A DNA stretch of 15,577 bases from the NCBI GenBank assembly GCA_038872135.1, contig JAVZGN010000021.1:1-15577 (forward strand). Reading direction: 5' to 3'. Positions 1 to 7,200 of the stretch are shown here, one piece after another. Made by a program: the position numbers and the translations under genes. This DNA comes from Candidatus Hadarchaeales archaeon. GTDB taxonomy: Archaea; Hadarchaeota; Hadarchaeia; Hadarchaeales; Hadarchaeaceae. Under the pieces are notes generated by a model that ran no database searches, had not been told where the DNA came from, and saw nothing but the letters and a program-made list of their open reading frames with translations. The stretch's first letter is position 1, and every line of letters starts with the position of its first letter.

Positions 1-1070
1 CGAATCTTTTCATCCTTCCCTATACTCGCCCCCCAGATCGCCTCCTCCATGAATTCGATTGTCTGATGATAGACTTTCTGGTCAACCGGGAAGGGAATGC
101 CATCCTTACCTCCATGGGCAAAAGAATACTTCACTGGATCTCTCCAAGACGGCGGCGCTCCATAGACAATCTCAGAAACGAGCGCCAATGCTCTTATGGC
201 TGCGGGGCCGATTCCTCTAATCCCCACAAGCTCCTCATAATTCTCAGGCCTTATCTCATACGCCCGCTTCAGCGCCGTAAGTGTCCTTGGCGACAGTTTC
301 GTTATCATGTGTCCGGTCGGCATCTTCAATTTCATCTCGGGTGATTTTCCTTCAGAAAACTCGTCGATGGTCCTCTGGCCGGCTTCTCGAAAGACAGAGA
401 GAAAATGCTGAGGCTTCTCATTCACCAAGTCCACGCTTACTTTCCTCGCCTCCTCACTCTCTTTCGCCGTCATGTCCAGCACAACAGCTTCCATCCTGTC
501 CCCGGCAATCCCAGAGTGGGGTTCATCAACGAAACTCCTCACCCTCTCCGAGAGCCAGTGATATCTCCTCGCAAGTCTCTCGTGCATTCCCTGTTGAACT
601 ACTGCCCACTCCCCATCCTCGCTGAGAACAAAGCAGTGGTGATAAAGCTGATATCCGTCCTGGATACATGCATTGTCCACTTTTGCCGCCATTCTGCTCG
701 CATACTTCAGCCTTTCTATTTCCTGCGATGAATAGCCAAAGGATTCCGCGACCCTTTCAATCTCATCTGGCGTTTTCTTCGAGATTTTCCCCTTTCCCCC
801 GCAAACAGCAATCCCAAGATCTTTTGGAATTCCCTCCTTCAGCGCTCCCATAGTCACGGTTGTCAGCCCGGAACTGTGCCAGTCGTAGCCCAGGACACAC
901 CCGAGAGCCTGGAAAAAGAAGGGATCTCCAAGCCTGTGCAGAAATTCCTTCCTTCCATATTCCTTGATTATGAGGGCGGAGATTTCTCCTCCAAGCTTCT
1001 TCATCATCGAAAAAAGCCAAGGGGGACATTTCCCCCCATGAAGTGGTAGCTCAGCAATTCCGGTTCTCAT
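1..1070 (-). CDS. DUF763 domain-containing protein (3' end runs off the window)
   Basis: Not in the ORF track. Manual minus-strand translation from ATG at 1070 gives an open frame to base 1: MRTGIAELPLHGGKCPPWLF...DPFFFQALGCVLGYDWHSSGLTT...QDGYQLYHH...WAVVQQGM...RRYHWLS...GIRGIGPAAIRALAL...KYSFAHGGKDGIPFPVD...GKDEKIR. These are the characteristic DUF763 motifs. Confidence 0.93.
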   Translation of the reverse strand, partial: MRTGIAELPLHGGKCPPWLFSMMKKLGGEISALIIKEYGRKEFLHRLGDPFFFQALGCVLGYDWHSSGLTTVTMGALKEGIPKDLGIAVCGGKGKISKKTPDEIERVAESFGYSSQEIERLKYASRMAAKVDNACIQDGYQLYHHCFVLSEDGEWAVVQQGMHERLARRYHWLSERVRSFVDEPHSGIAGDRMEAVVLDMTAKESEEARKVSVDLVNEKPQHFLSVFREAGQRTIDEFSEGKSPEMKLKMPTGHMITKLSPRTLTALKRAYEIRPENYEELVGIRGIGPAAIRALALVSEIVYGAPPSWRDPVKYSFAHGGKDGIPFPVDQKVYHQTIEFMEEAIWGASIGKDEKI

Positions 1071-1093
1071 CAATTAAAGATGGAGAAAAGAAG

Positions 1094-1100
1094 AATTAAA
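1094..1100 (-). promoter_or_regulatory. putative TATA box of the DUF763 gene (probably leaderless)
   Basis: TTTAATT on the minus strand 24-30 nt upstream of ATG 1070; no SD motif in between. Confidence 0.4.
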
Positions 1101-1127
1101 TCGAATGCTCGATACAAAGGCCATCAG

Positions 1128-1343
1128 TCACTTCAGCAAATAGTAGCCCGCTGCTTTCTCCCTTGCAACCCTCTTGGCATAGCCCTTGTTCACGAGCTCC
1201 ATGAGGGCGTTGTTGACCATCCCCTTCGGGAGCTTTGCGGCCCTCATGACATCATCTGCCGTTTTGAGGGTTTCAGGGTTCGTGCAGCCGAGCTTTTTAA
1301 GCGCATCGTACACCTTTTGAGCATTTGGGCTGAGTTCTGTCAT
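1128..1343 (-). CDS. small basic winged helix-turn-helix DNA-binding protein (71 aa)
   Basis: Pattern LSPNAQKVYDAL...TADDVMRAAKLPKGMVNNALMELVNKGYAKRV...GYYLL fits a three-helix plus beta-wing fold; 13 K/R versus 7 D/E; strong SD GAGGTGA at 1354-1348. Confidence 0.85.
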   Translation of the reverse strand: MTELSPNAQKVYDALKKLGCTNPETLKTADDVMRAAKLPKGMVNNALMELVNKGYAKRVAREKAAGYYLLK

Positions 1344-1377
1344 GGCATCACCTCTTCATCCACTCTCTCCTGCATTT

Positions 1378-2208
1378 TTAAAGCATTATCTCAAGGCTCA
1401 TGTCTACCGGCGGTGCTCTGAGAGTGATGTAGCTGGATGAAACTACATCAACTCCGGTGGCCGCAACCCTCCTGACATTGGAGAGATCTATCCCGCCAGA
1501 AGCCTCAAGGATAACTTTCTTCAACCCATGCTTTTTTAGCAACCTCACGGCCTTCTTCATCTCGCCAACACTCATGTTGTCTAGCATTACTATGTCTGCC
1601 CCAGCTTTGGCCGCCACCAGAGCATCTCTCGCATTCGTTACTTCGACTTCAACTTTTCCCTTCCGTGCAGATTTTGCCATCTTAACAGCTTTTTCAACGG
1701 AGCCGACGATCTTTATGTGATTGTCTTTTATCAAAATCTGATCACTCAAAGTATATCTGTGGGGACTTCCTCCACCAATTGCCACAGCCCTTTTATCAAA
1801 AACTGTGAGGAGGGGGGCAGTCTTTCTTGTTGCGGCCACGATTACCCTCAAGTTCCCCTTCCTCGCTTCTTCAACAAACTTCCTTGTGGTCGTGGCGATA
1901 CCGCTCATCCTCATGAGGAGGTTGAGGGCCGTCCTCTCACCTGCCAGGATCTTCCTTGCTTTTCCCGAGAGCTCCATTATTCTGATGTTTGGAGCAATCT
2001 CAGACCCGTCCCTCTTAAGAATTTTGACTTTTACTCCAAGCAGTCTGAAGAGAGCCGTCGCCTCTTTTACACCTGCTAGAACCCCATGCCCTTTTGCTAT
2101 TATCTCTGCCTTCGTCACCACATCATTTCCCACCAGCACTTCTGAGGTGACATCTCCTTTTCCAAGATCTTCTCTAACCATTTCCAGCAGCTTTTCTCGA
2201 ACATTCAT
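1378..2208 (-). CDS. nadC: nicotinate-nucleotide diphosphorylase (carboxylating) / quinolinate phosphoribosyltransferase
   Basis: Motifs EDLGKGDVTS, ERTALN..MSGIAT, TRKT, HR..LSD.ILIKDNH, EVEV, MLDN, EASGGI; directly downstream of nadX. Confidence 0.96.
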   Translation of the reverse strand: MNVREKLLEMVREDLGKGDVTSEVLVGNDVVTKAEIIAKGHGVLAGVKEATALFRLLGVKVKILKRDGSEIAPNIRIMELSGKARKILAGERTALNLLMRMSGIATTTRKFVEEARKGNLRVIVAATRKTAPLLTVFDKRAVAIGGGSPHRYTLSDQILIKDNHIKIVGSVEKAVKMAKSARKGKVEVEVTNARDALVAAKAGADIVMLDNMSVGEMKKAVRLLKKHGLKKVILEASGGIDLSNVRRVAATGVDVVSSSYITLRAPPVDMSLEIML

Positions 2209-2212
2209 TCCA

Positions 2213-3037
2213 TCAGCTCCCTAGCTGGAGGGGCTCCGTCATATTTCTAAGCATTCTTATGGCCGAAAGGGCCGCCAGATAGCTGGTTCTCGGGGACTCG
2301 GGAAATGGAAGGTTGTTTGCAACAGTGGTGATTTCTCCGCAATCTCCAATGATTTTGATTTCGTGGATGTTTCTTTTAATGGATGGATCTGCGACCACTC
2401 TCACCCTAGTTTTTTTCACCCCGATGGTTGCCAACGCCAGCGTGGCAGCAACATTGACGCTTGCTGGAAAAATCTTTACCGCTTCGCTTGCTGGTCCATC
2501 GAAAATCACCTTCGCTTTTTTGATTTTTGAAAGATCCAGTCTTTGGCGCCTGAGTTGTGATATCGAGGCGAAAGCCTTTGGGGGTTTCCTTGTAGTCAAA
2601 ACAACCTCTTTTATCTCCCCGACGGCTGCAGCCTTTGCTCCGTCAACTCCCACTATTGCACCGGATGGAACGAAGATTCTCCTCCCTTTCTTTTCTGCCA
2701 GAGAGAGGAGTCTCCTGAAAAGCTTCTCATCAGCGAGGGCCCCGACACTCATCACCATCAGATCCTTTCCGCTGTTGAGAATTTCCTCTGAATACTGCTC
2801 CACCGCCAGCTGTGAAGCCGCCTCAATTACCAGCTGAACCCCCCTGTCAGCGCAGATTTCTCTCACGCTTTTTGCAATCTTAGGTTTTGGTTCAAGTCTA
2901 TTCGATAGCAGAATAGCTTTTTCCTTCACGATATCATATACCCAAATGAGTTCTGCTTCTCCCGCTCTGCCTTCGCATATCGCCTTCGCCAGCGTTGAGC
3001 CAATCGCCCCACAACCGATAATTGCAATGCCCAGCAT
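2213..3037 (-). CDS. nadX: L-aspartate dehydrogenase (NAD biosynthesis)
   Basis: Rossmann motif IIGCGAIG, EAASQ, MSVGAL, PSGAIVG.D, TTRKPP, FP..VNVAATL, N.HEI, P..P.TS.LAALS; adjacent to nadC. Confidence 0.95.
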   Translation of the reverse strand: MLGIAIIGCGAIGSTLAKAICEGRAGEAELIWVYDIVKEKAILLSNRLEPKPKIAKSVREICADRGVQLVIEAASQLAVEQYSEEILNSGKDLMVMSVGALADEKLFRRLLSLAEKKGRRIFVPSGAIVGVDGAKAAAVGEIKEVVLTTRKPPKAFASISQLRRQRLDLSKIKKAKVIFDGPASEAVKIFPASVNVAATLALATIGVKKTRVRVVADPSIKRNIHEIKIIGDCGEITTVANNLPFPESPRTSYLAALSAIRMLRNMTEPLQLGS

Positions 3038-3059
3038 CCGAAATGATTAGGCATCTAAG

Positions 3060-3066
3060 TATTAAT
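3060..3066 (-). promoter_or_regulatory. putative TATA box for nadX-nadC
   Basis: ATTAATA on the minus strand 23-29 nt upstream of ATG 3037, consistent with a leaderless transcript. Confidence 0.4.
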
Positions 3067-3138
3067 CGTTAAGCAAAGGTTTTTGGGTCAGGTTCTTAGC
3101 CTCTTGGCAATTTTCGCTTCAGGCTTTCACAAAAGTAG

Positions 3139-3145
3139 TTAAATA
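3139..3145 (+). promoter_or_regulatory. putative TATA box (with purine-rich BRE-like CAAAAG upstream) for the 3166 gene
   Basis: TTAAATA 21-27 nt upstream of ATG 3166. Confidence 0.5.
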
Positions 3146-3165
3146 ACCTTTCCCAAAGTTGATTG

Positions 3166-4008
3166 ATGTCAACGCCAATTCCACCTCCAGAACCAGCCAA
3201 GCCCACCGAGCAACCGATACCTCCCAAACCGCAACCTTCCAAACCAAAGTTGATCACCCATGCAATAATAATCGGCGTGGGTGTTCTGATTGTTGCCATT
3301 ATCGTTGCTACGTCATTTTTTCCAATAACTCCCCCCGTGATTGAAAGGAAGTGCACATTAAGTGGTTATGTGCTAGCCGGCCCCACAGCGGAGTACAGGG
3401 TTGTGAACGCCACGGTTGAGGTGAAAGTCGGCGGTCGTTCATACACAGCAGTCACGGACAGCTGGGGAGCATACAGTCTTCAGTTGCCAACAGGTAACTG
3501 GCAGGTGAGAATAAAGGTTGGGGATAACATTCGATACACCGAGAACATCTCGGTTCCAGGCAGCCAGAGGGAAATGAAAAAAGACATTTACAACGTTATT
3601 CCAGAGCTGGCTTCTGGTGATGGCGGTTCTATAGGAGATGTCCGCGTGGTTTATGTTCCGGCAACTTCCCGTTTGACGGGATATGTTTTTGCCGGGAGCG
3701 AGAGGAGCTACCGTCTCTCCGGTGCAATGGTTGAGATCGAGGTCAGAGGACAAACCTACGCAACAACAACCGGTGGAAGCGGAGAGTATACTGTTGAAGC
3801 CCCGGTGGGAACATGGACAGCAAGGGTAAAAATAGGTGGAAATGTCAAGTCATCTGACACCATAAATGTTTCCATCGGTCAGAACTACCTCATAAAAGAG
3901 TGGTACAACATCGCTCCGGAGCTCATCCCAGATAAATCTGCGGATGGCGTGCGATGCGTATACGTTGAGAGTGGATGGAGGGAGACCCAGAGGATCAAGT
4001 TGGGCTAG
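3166..4008 (+). CDS. membrane-anchored surface protein with two tandem carboxypeptidase-regulatory-like (prealbumin/Ig-like beta-sandwich) domains
   Basis: Pro-rich N-terminus, one hydrophobic helix (AIIIGVGVLIVAIIVATSFF), then two ~105-aa repeats with pattern L.GYV.AG....YR...A.VE..V.G..Y...T...G.Y....P.G.W..R.K.G.N. ATG 3166 preferred over TTG 3163. Confidence 0.8.
   Translation: MSTPIPPPEPAKPTEQPIPPKPQPSKPKLITHAIIIGVGVLIVAIIVATSFFPITPPVIERKCTLSGYVLAGPTAEYRVVNATVEVKVGGRSYTAVTDSWGAYSLQLPTGNWQVRIKVGDNIRYTENISVPGSQREMKKDIYNVIPELASGDGGSIGDVRVVYVPATSRLTGYVFAGSERSYRLSGAMVEIEVRGQTYATTTGGSGEYTVEAPVGTWTARVKIGGNVKSSDTINVSIGQNYLIKEWYNIAPELIPDKSADGVRCVYVESGWRETQRIKLG
3355..3969 (+). repeat. intragenic tandem domain duplication (units 3355-3669 and 3670-~3969)
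   Basis: Hand alignment of the two units gives 33 identical residues in 85 ungapped positions; offset 315 nt. Confidence 0.85.
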
Positions 4009-4427
4009 ATTATTTCCACGCCCCCCTTCTGACTGACCATCACAGTAAAGTTTCTTAGGGCCTTGCGACGCTCGAGATATTCCCTCCCCAGCGTTTCAGT
4101 AATCCTCCTTACCAGATCAGAATAGTTGCAGGAAATTTTTATCCCCCTTTTATCAGCCATTCGGAAAATCTCCTCGCACGCATGATAGACGTTGGTACCC
4201 CTAGGAAACTCCACTTTCACCGGCCAGTTCAAAGTTTTTACCAGCCGCAATGTATTTTTTGATTTCTCCACATTTTCTTTCGCTTTTTTGATCAACGCTC
4301 CAACGTTTGACCGACTCGTTCCCAGCTCAGAAGCAATTCTCGAAATGCTCATCCCACGATTTCTCATCATCAGGACTTCCAGCTGTCGTCTTGTTAGATG
4401 GGTCTTACTTATGTCAACCATTTTCAC
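4005..4427 (-). CDS. tfx: Tfx family DNA-binding transcriptional regulator
   Basis: N-terminal HTH THLTRRQLEVL.MR.RG.S...IA.ELGTSR.NV....KKA.EN.EKSKNTL followed by a Tfx-type C-terminal domain (VEFPRGTNVY...EEIF..ADK.GIKI). Start GTG 4427 or ATG 4421. Confidence 0.9.
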   Translation of the reverse strand: MKMVDISKTHLTRRQLEVLMMRNRGMSISRIASELGTSRSNVGALIKKAKENVEKSKNTLRLVKTLNWPVKVEFPRGTNVYHACEEIFRMADKRGIKISCNYSDLVRRITETLGREYLERRKALRNFTVMVSQKGGVEII

Positions 4428-4469
4428 TTCACAATAATAATTTATCCACCAATTTTATTTAAAATAGCG
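4428..4469. promoter_or_regulatory. divergent promoter region tfx / molybdate transporter operon
   Basis: 42-bp AT-rich spacer; TTTAAATA on the minus strand (4463-4456) suits tfx; AATTTAT near 4439-4445 suits a leaderless start at 4470. Confidence 0.55.
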
Positions 4470-5630
4470 ATGTTAGGGGGCCTAAGATTCGATAGAATGG
4501 AGCTTGCGGGGTCGCTGGGAGACCTTGGCACGATGCTCCCTCTCCTCATCCCTCTCATCTTGGTAAATGGACTCAACGCCACAGTAGCTTTCCTGATGAT
4601 CGGTCTTTTCTACATTTTTACAGGACTCTACTATAGAATTCCAATCCCTGTGCAGCCCCTGAAGGCAGTCGCCGTAATCGCCATCTCAACTGGGGCATCG
4701 GCTCGGCTGATAGCTTCCGCGGGAATAATCATGGGGATTTTCCTCCTTTTCCTTGCCTTGACTGGGTTGATAAAAGAAGTTGCCAGGGTTTTCTCAAAGC
4801 CAGTGGTAAGGGGAATTCAAGCAAGCCTCGGTCTAATGCTATTCATCAAAGGATTTCAGTACATGAGCGGAGAGCAGATGTTCCTCGGTGGAGAGAAGAT
4901 TTTCCTTGGATCGCTTCCTCTGAATCTTGTCATCGCGTTTTTGGGCCTGCTCATCGCTGGGTGTCTTCTGACCTCTAGGAAAATCCCAGCTGCCATTGTC
5001 CTAGTATTGGCGGGTCTAGCAATTGGGCTTGTGTTCAAACCCCCTGAGCTGAGGCCTAGCCCAACTGCTCCCGCCCCGATCCTCCCAAACATTTCTGAGC
5101 TTCAGACAGCTTTTTCCCTACTTTTCCTCCCTCAGGTTCCAGTCACAATTGGCAATGCAATTATTTCCACCTCAGATCTCGCGGAAAAATATTTTGGGAA
5201 AAAGGGAAAGAAGGCGACTCCTAAAGTCCTAGCTGCAAGCATGGGTGTGGCTAACTTGGCTTCAGGATTTGTAGGGGGAATGCCCATGTGCCACGGCGCT
5301 GGAGGATTGGCTGCCCACTACCGGTTTGGAGCAAGGAGTGGCGGAGCAAATTTGATAATTGGAAGCCTCTTTCTCATCGTCGGGTTAGTCTTCGGCTCCT
5401 CCGCAGTTTTCGTGCTCGGGGCAATTCCACTTTCAATCCTAGGCGTGTTGCTCACTATTACTGGGTTACAACTTGTGATTTTGTTACAGGATCTCTCCGC
5501 CTCTAAGGATCTCGCAGTTGCCGGAGTGATAATTGGGATAACGCTGGCCACAAACCAGCTGGCGGCAGGGTTTATCATCGGAATAATCGTGTATTATCTG
5601 ATGAGGTGGTGGCCGTGGTCAGGCCGGTGA
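4470..5630 (+). CDS. putative molybdate/sulfate transporter (MOT1-like MFS family)
   Basis: Signature ELAGSLGDLGT.LP, P.PVQPLKA.A..AI, PQ.P.TIGNA, GGMPMCHGAGGLAAHYRFGARSG; many hydrophobic helices. ATG 4470 preferred because the track start 4398 overlaps tfx and the promoter. Confidence 0.9.
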   Translation: MLGGLRFDRMELAGSLGDLGTMLPLLIPLILVNGLNATVAFLMIGLFYIFTGLYYRIPIPVQPLKAVAVIAISTGASARLIASAGIIMGIFLLFLALTGLIKEVARVFSKPVVRGIQASLGLMLFIKGFQYMSGEQMFLGGEKIFLGSLPLNLVIAFLGLLIAGCLLTSRKIPAAIVLVLAGLAIGLVFKPPELRPSPTAPAPILPNISELQTAFSLLFLPQVPVTIGNAIISTSDLAEKYFGKKGKKATPKVLAASMGVANLASGFVGGMPMCHGAGGLAAHYRFGARSGGANLIIGSLFLIVGLVFGSSAVFVLGAIPLSILGVLLTITGLQLVILLQDLSASKDLAVAGVIIGITLATNQLAAGFIIGIIVYYLMRWWPWSGR

Positions 5631-6604
5631 AAGCTGAAGAAGCGGTTGGAAAACCGCTCGCCCACGATATCGTGAAGTATGGTCCGGGACTTAAGGCGGT
5701 CCTCTTCAAAAAAGGCCACGTGGTCAGGGAAGAGGACGTGGAAAAATTGAAGGATGCGGGCAATTACATCGTCTACATCGAGGAAGGGGGGCTGGAGGGA
5801 GTGCATGAAGACGATGCAGCTTTAAGGATGGCTACGGCATGCATGGGGCAGAATCTTCTCCACACCAAGCCGAACAAGGGGAGGGTTGATCTCTTGGCGT
5901 CGATTTCGGGGGTGCTGAGGGTAAAAGAAGCCATCGTGAAAGAGGTTAATTTGGTAGAGGATTTTGTCTTGGCCACTCTTCCGGACTTTTCAGGCGTGAG
6001 GAAGGGTCAGAGGGTAGCTTCAATGAAAATAGTACCCCTCAGCGTTGATGAGGCTAAAATGAGAGAGGTTGAAGGCATTCTTTCTCGAGAGAAGCCGGTT
6101 GTGGAAGTTTGTGCTCCAGTCGTGAAAAGAATTGGAGCGATAATCACTGGAACAGAAATATTTGAGGGCCGGGTGAAAGATGCTTTCCTTCCGGTTCTCC
6201 AAAAAAAGCTCGGGGAGTTTGGGCTGCAGGTAGAGGAATCCTGCGTAATGCCGGATGATGAAAGAAAAATTGCAGAAAAGATAATAGAGTTCAAAAACAG
6301 CGGAAAAGAGTTGATCTTGGTGTGCGGGGGCATGGCCGTTGACATTAAAGATGTCACCGCGAGCGCCATTAAACTGGCCGGGGCGGATGTGGTTAGGAGA
6401 GGTATCCCAGCGTTTCCAGGCTCAATGATGATGATCTCCTACTTGGGCGATGTGGCGGTTGTTGGGCTCCCCGCCTGTGTCATCCCAGATGAAAGAACCA
6501 CATTTGACATCTTCCTGCCGAAGCTGCTGATGAAGCGCAAGATTGAAAGGGAAGAAATTGCAGACATTGCTCCAAGAGGGCTGGAAATCTTGAGCGGGGG
6601 CTGA
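5615..6604 (+). CDS. molybdopterin-binding protein (MoeA-like / MoCF_biosynth domain)
   Basis: AVG..LAHDI...FKKGH, VHEDDAA, GRV.L.A...G, IITGTEIFEGRVKDAF, GGM.VD..DVT..AI, G.PAFPGSM, VGLPAC, T.FD..LP. GTG 5615 preferred (SD GAGGTG at 5603-5608); overlaps the transporter stop. Confidence 0.88.
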   Translation: MVRPVKAEEAVGKPLAHDIVKYGPGLKAVLFKKGHVVREEDVEKLKDAGNYIVYIEEGGLEGVHEDDAALRMATACMGQNLLHTKPNKGRVDLLASISGVLRVKEAIVKEVNLVEDFVLATLPDFSGVRKGQRVASMKIVPLSVDEAKMREVEGILSREKPVVEVCAPVVKRIGAIITGTEIFEGRVKDAFLPVLQKKLGEFGLQVEESCVMPDDERKIAEKIIEFKNSGKELILVCGGMAVDIKDVTASAIKLAGADVVRRGIPAFPGSMMMISYLGDVAVVGLPACVIPDERTTFDIFLPKLLMKRKIEREEIADIAPRGLEILSGG

Positions 6605-6606
6605 GC

Positions 6607-7200
6607 TTGAAAAAACCTACCGTTGGGGTCGTTATTCTCGCCGCCGGGGAATCAAGTAGGATGGGCGAGCAAAAGCTGCTTCTTCCACTCATGGGACACA
6701 CCCTTCTCGAGCACGTCGTCGGTTCATTTAGAGGAATCGCTGATAGGATTATGGTGGTGCTTGGGCATAATCCGGAGGCTATTTTCCCCCTCCTCCAGAG
6801 GCTGAATGTTGAGTGGGTGGTGAATGAAGAGTATCAACTTGGAATGGTGACCTCTTTCAAGCGTGGGCTGGCAGAGCTTAGGAATTGTGATGCGGTGTTT
6901 CTGGCTCTTGGTGATCAGCCACTTGTGGACAAAACCTTTCTTTTAAAAGCAATCGATGCCTGGAGGGATGGAGCAAAAATAGTCTGCCCAGTTTTCAGGG
7001 GGAAAAAAGGCCACCCTGTTCTCTTTGATCAAAGCCTCTTTGGGGAAATTCTCAGCCTCGACGAAAATCAATTCATCCGTGATGTCATCCACAGGCATGC
7101 CGATCTCATGAAGGTCATCGAAGCCGGGAAATGGGCAATAACTGATGTAGACACACCAGAGGACTTTTTAAAACTCAAAAAAGAATTGGAAAAAAGCTAG
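6607..7200 (+). CDS. mocA: molybdenum cofactor cytidylyltransferase-like nucleotidyltransferase (MocA/YgfJ type)
   Basis: ILAAGESSRMG..KLLL, GM.TS...G, LGDQP, GHPVLF, DVDTPED; the GHPVLF motif fits the MocA branch rather than MobA. Confidence 0.82.
   Translation: MKKPTVGVVILAAGESSRMGEQKLLLPLMGHTLLEHVVGSFRGIADRIMVVLGHNPEAIFPLLQRLNVEWVVNEEYQLGMVTSFKRGLAELRNCDAVFLALGDQPLVDKTFLLKAIDAWRDGAKIVCPVFRGKKGHPVLFDQSLFGEILSLDENQFIRDVIHRHADLMKVIEAGKWAITDVDTPEDFLKLKKELEKS

Noticed and set aside
66-1029. Track ORFs 66-344, 281-625, 405-731, 668-853 (+) and 763-1029 (-)
   Set aside because: Antisense or off-frame shadows of the DUF763 gene, which occupies 1-1070 on the minus strand.
1378-2208. Possible ModD (NadC paralog linked to molybdenum genes), given the nearby Mo operon
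   Set aside because: It has the NadC-type LIKDNH motif and is coupled to nadX.
4398-4469. N-terminal extension of the transporter given by the ORF track
   Set aside because: It overlaps the tfx start and the AT-rich promoter; family similarity starts only after ATG 4470.
6602-6609. Stop-codon readthrough (selenocysteine) fusing the molybdopterin-binding protein to MocA
   Set aside because: The two genes are in different frames (TGA, 2-nt gap, TTG), so readthrough would not fuse them.
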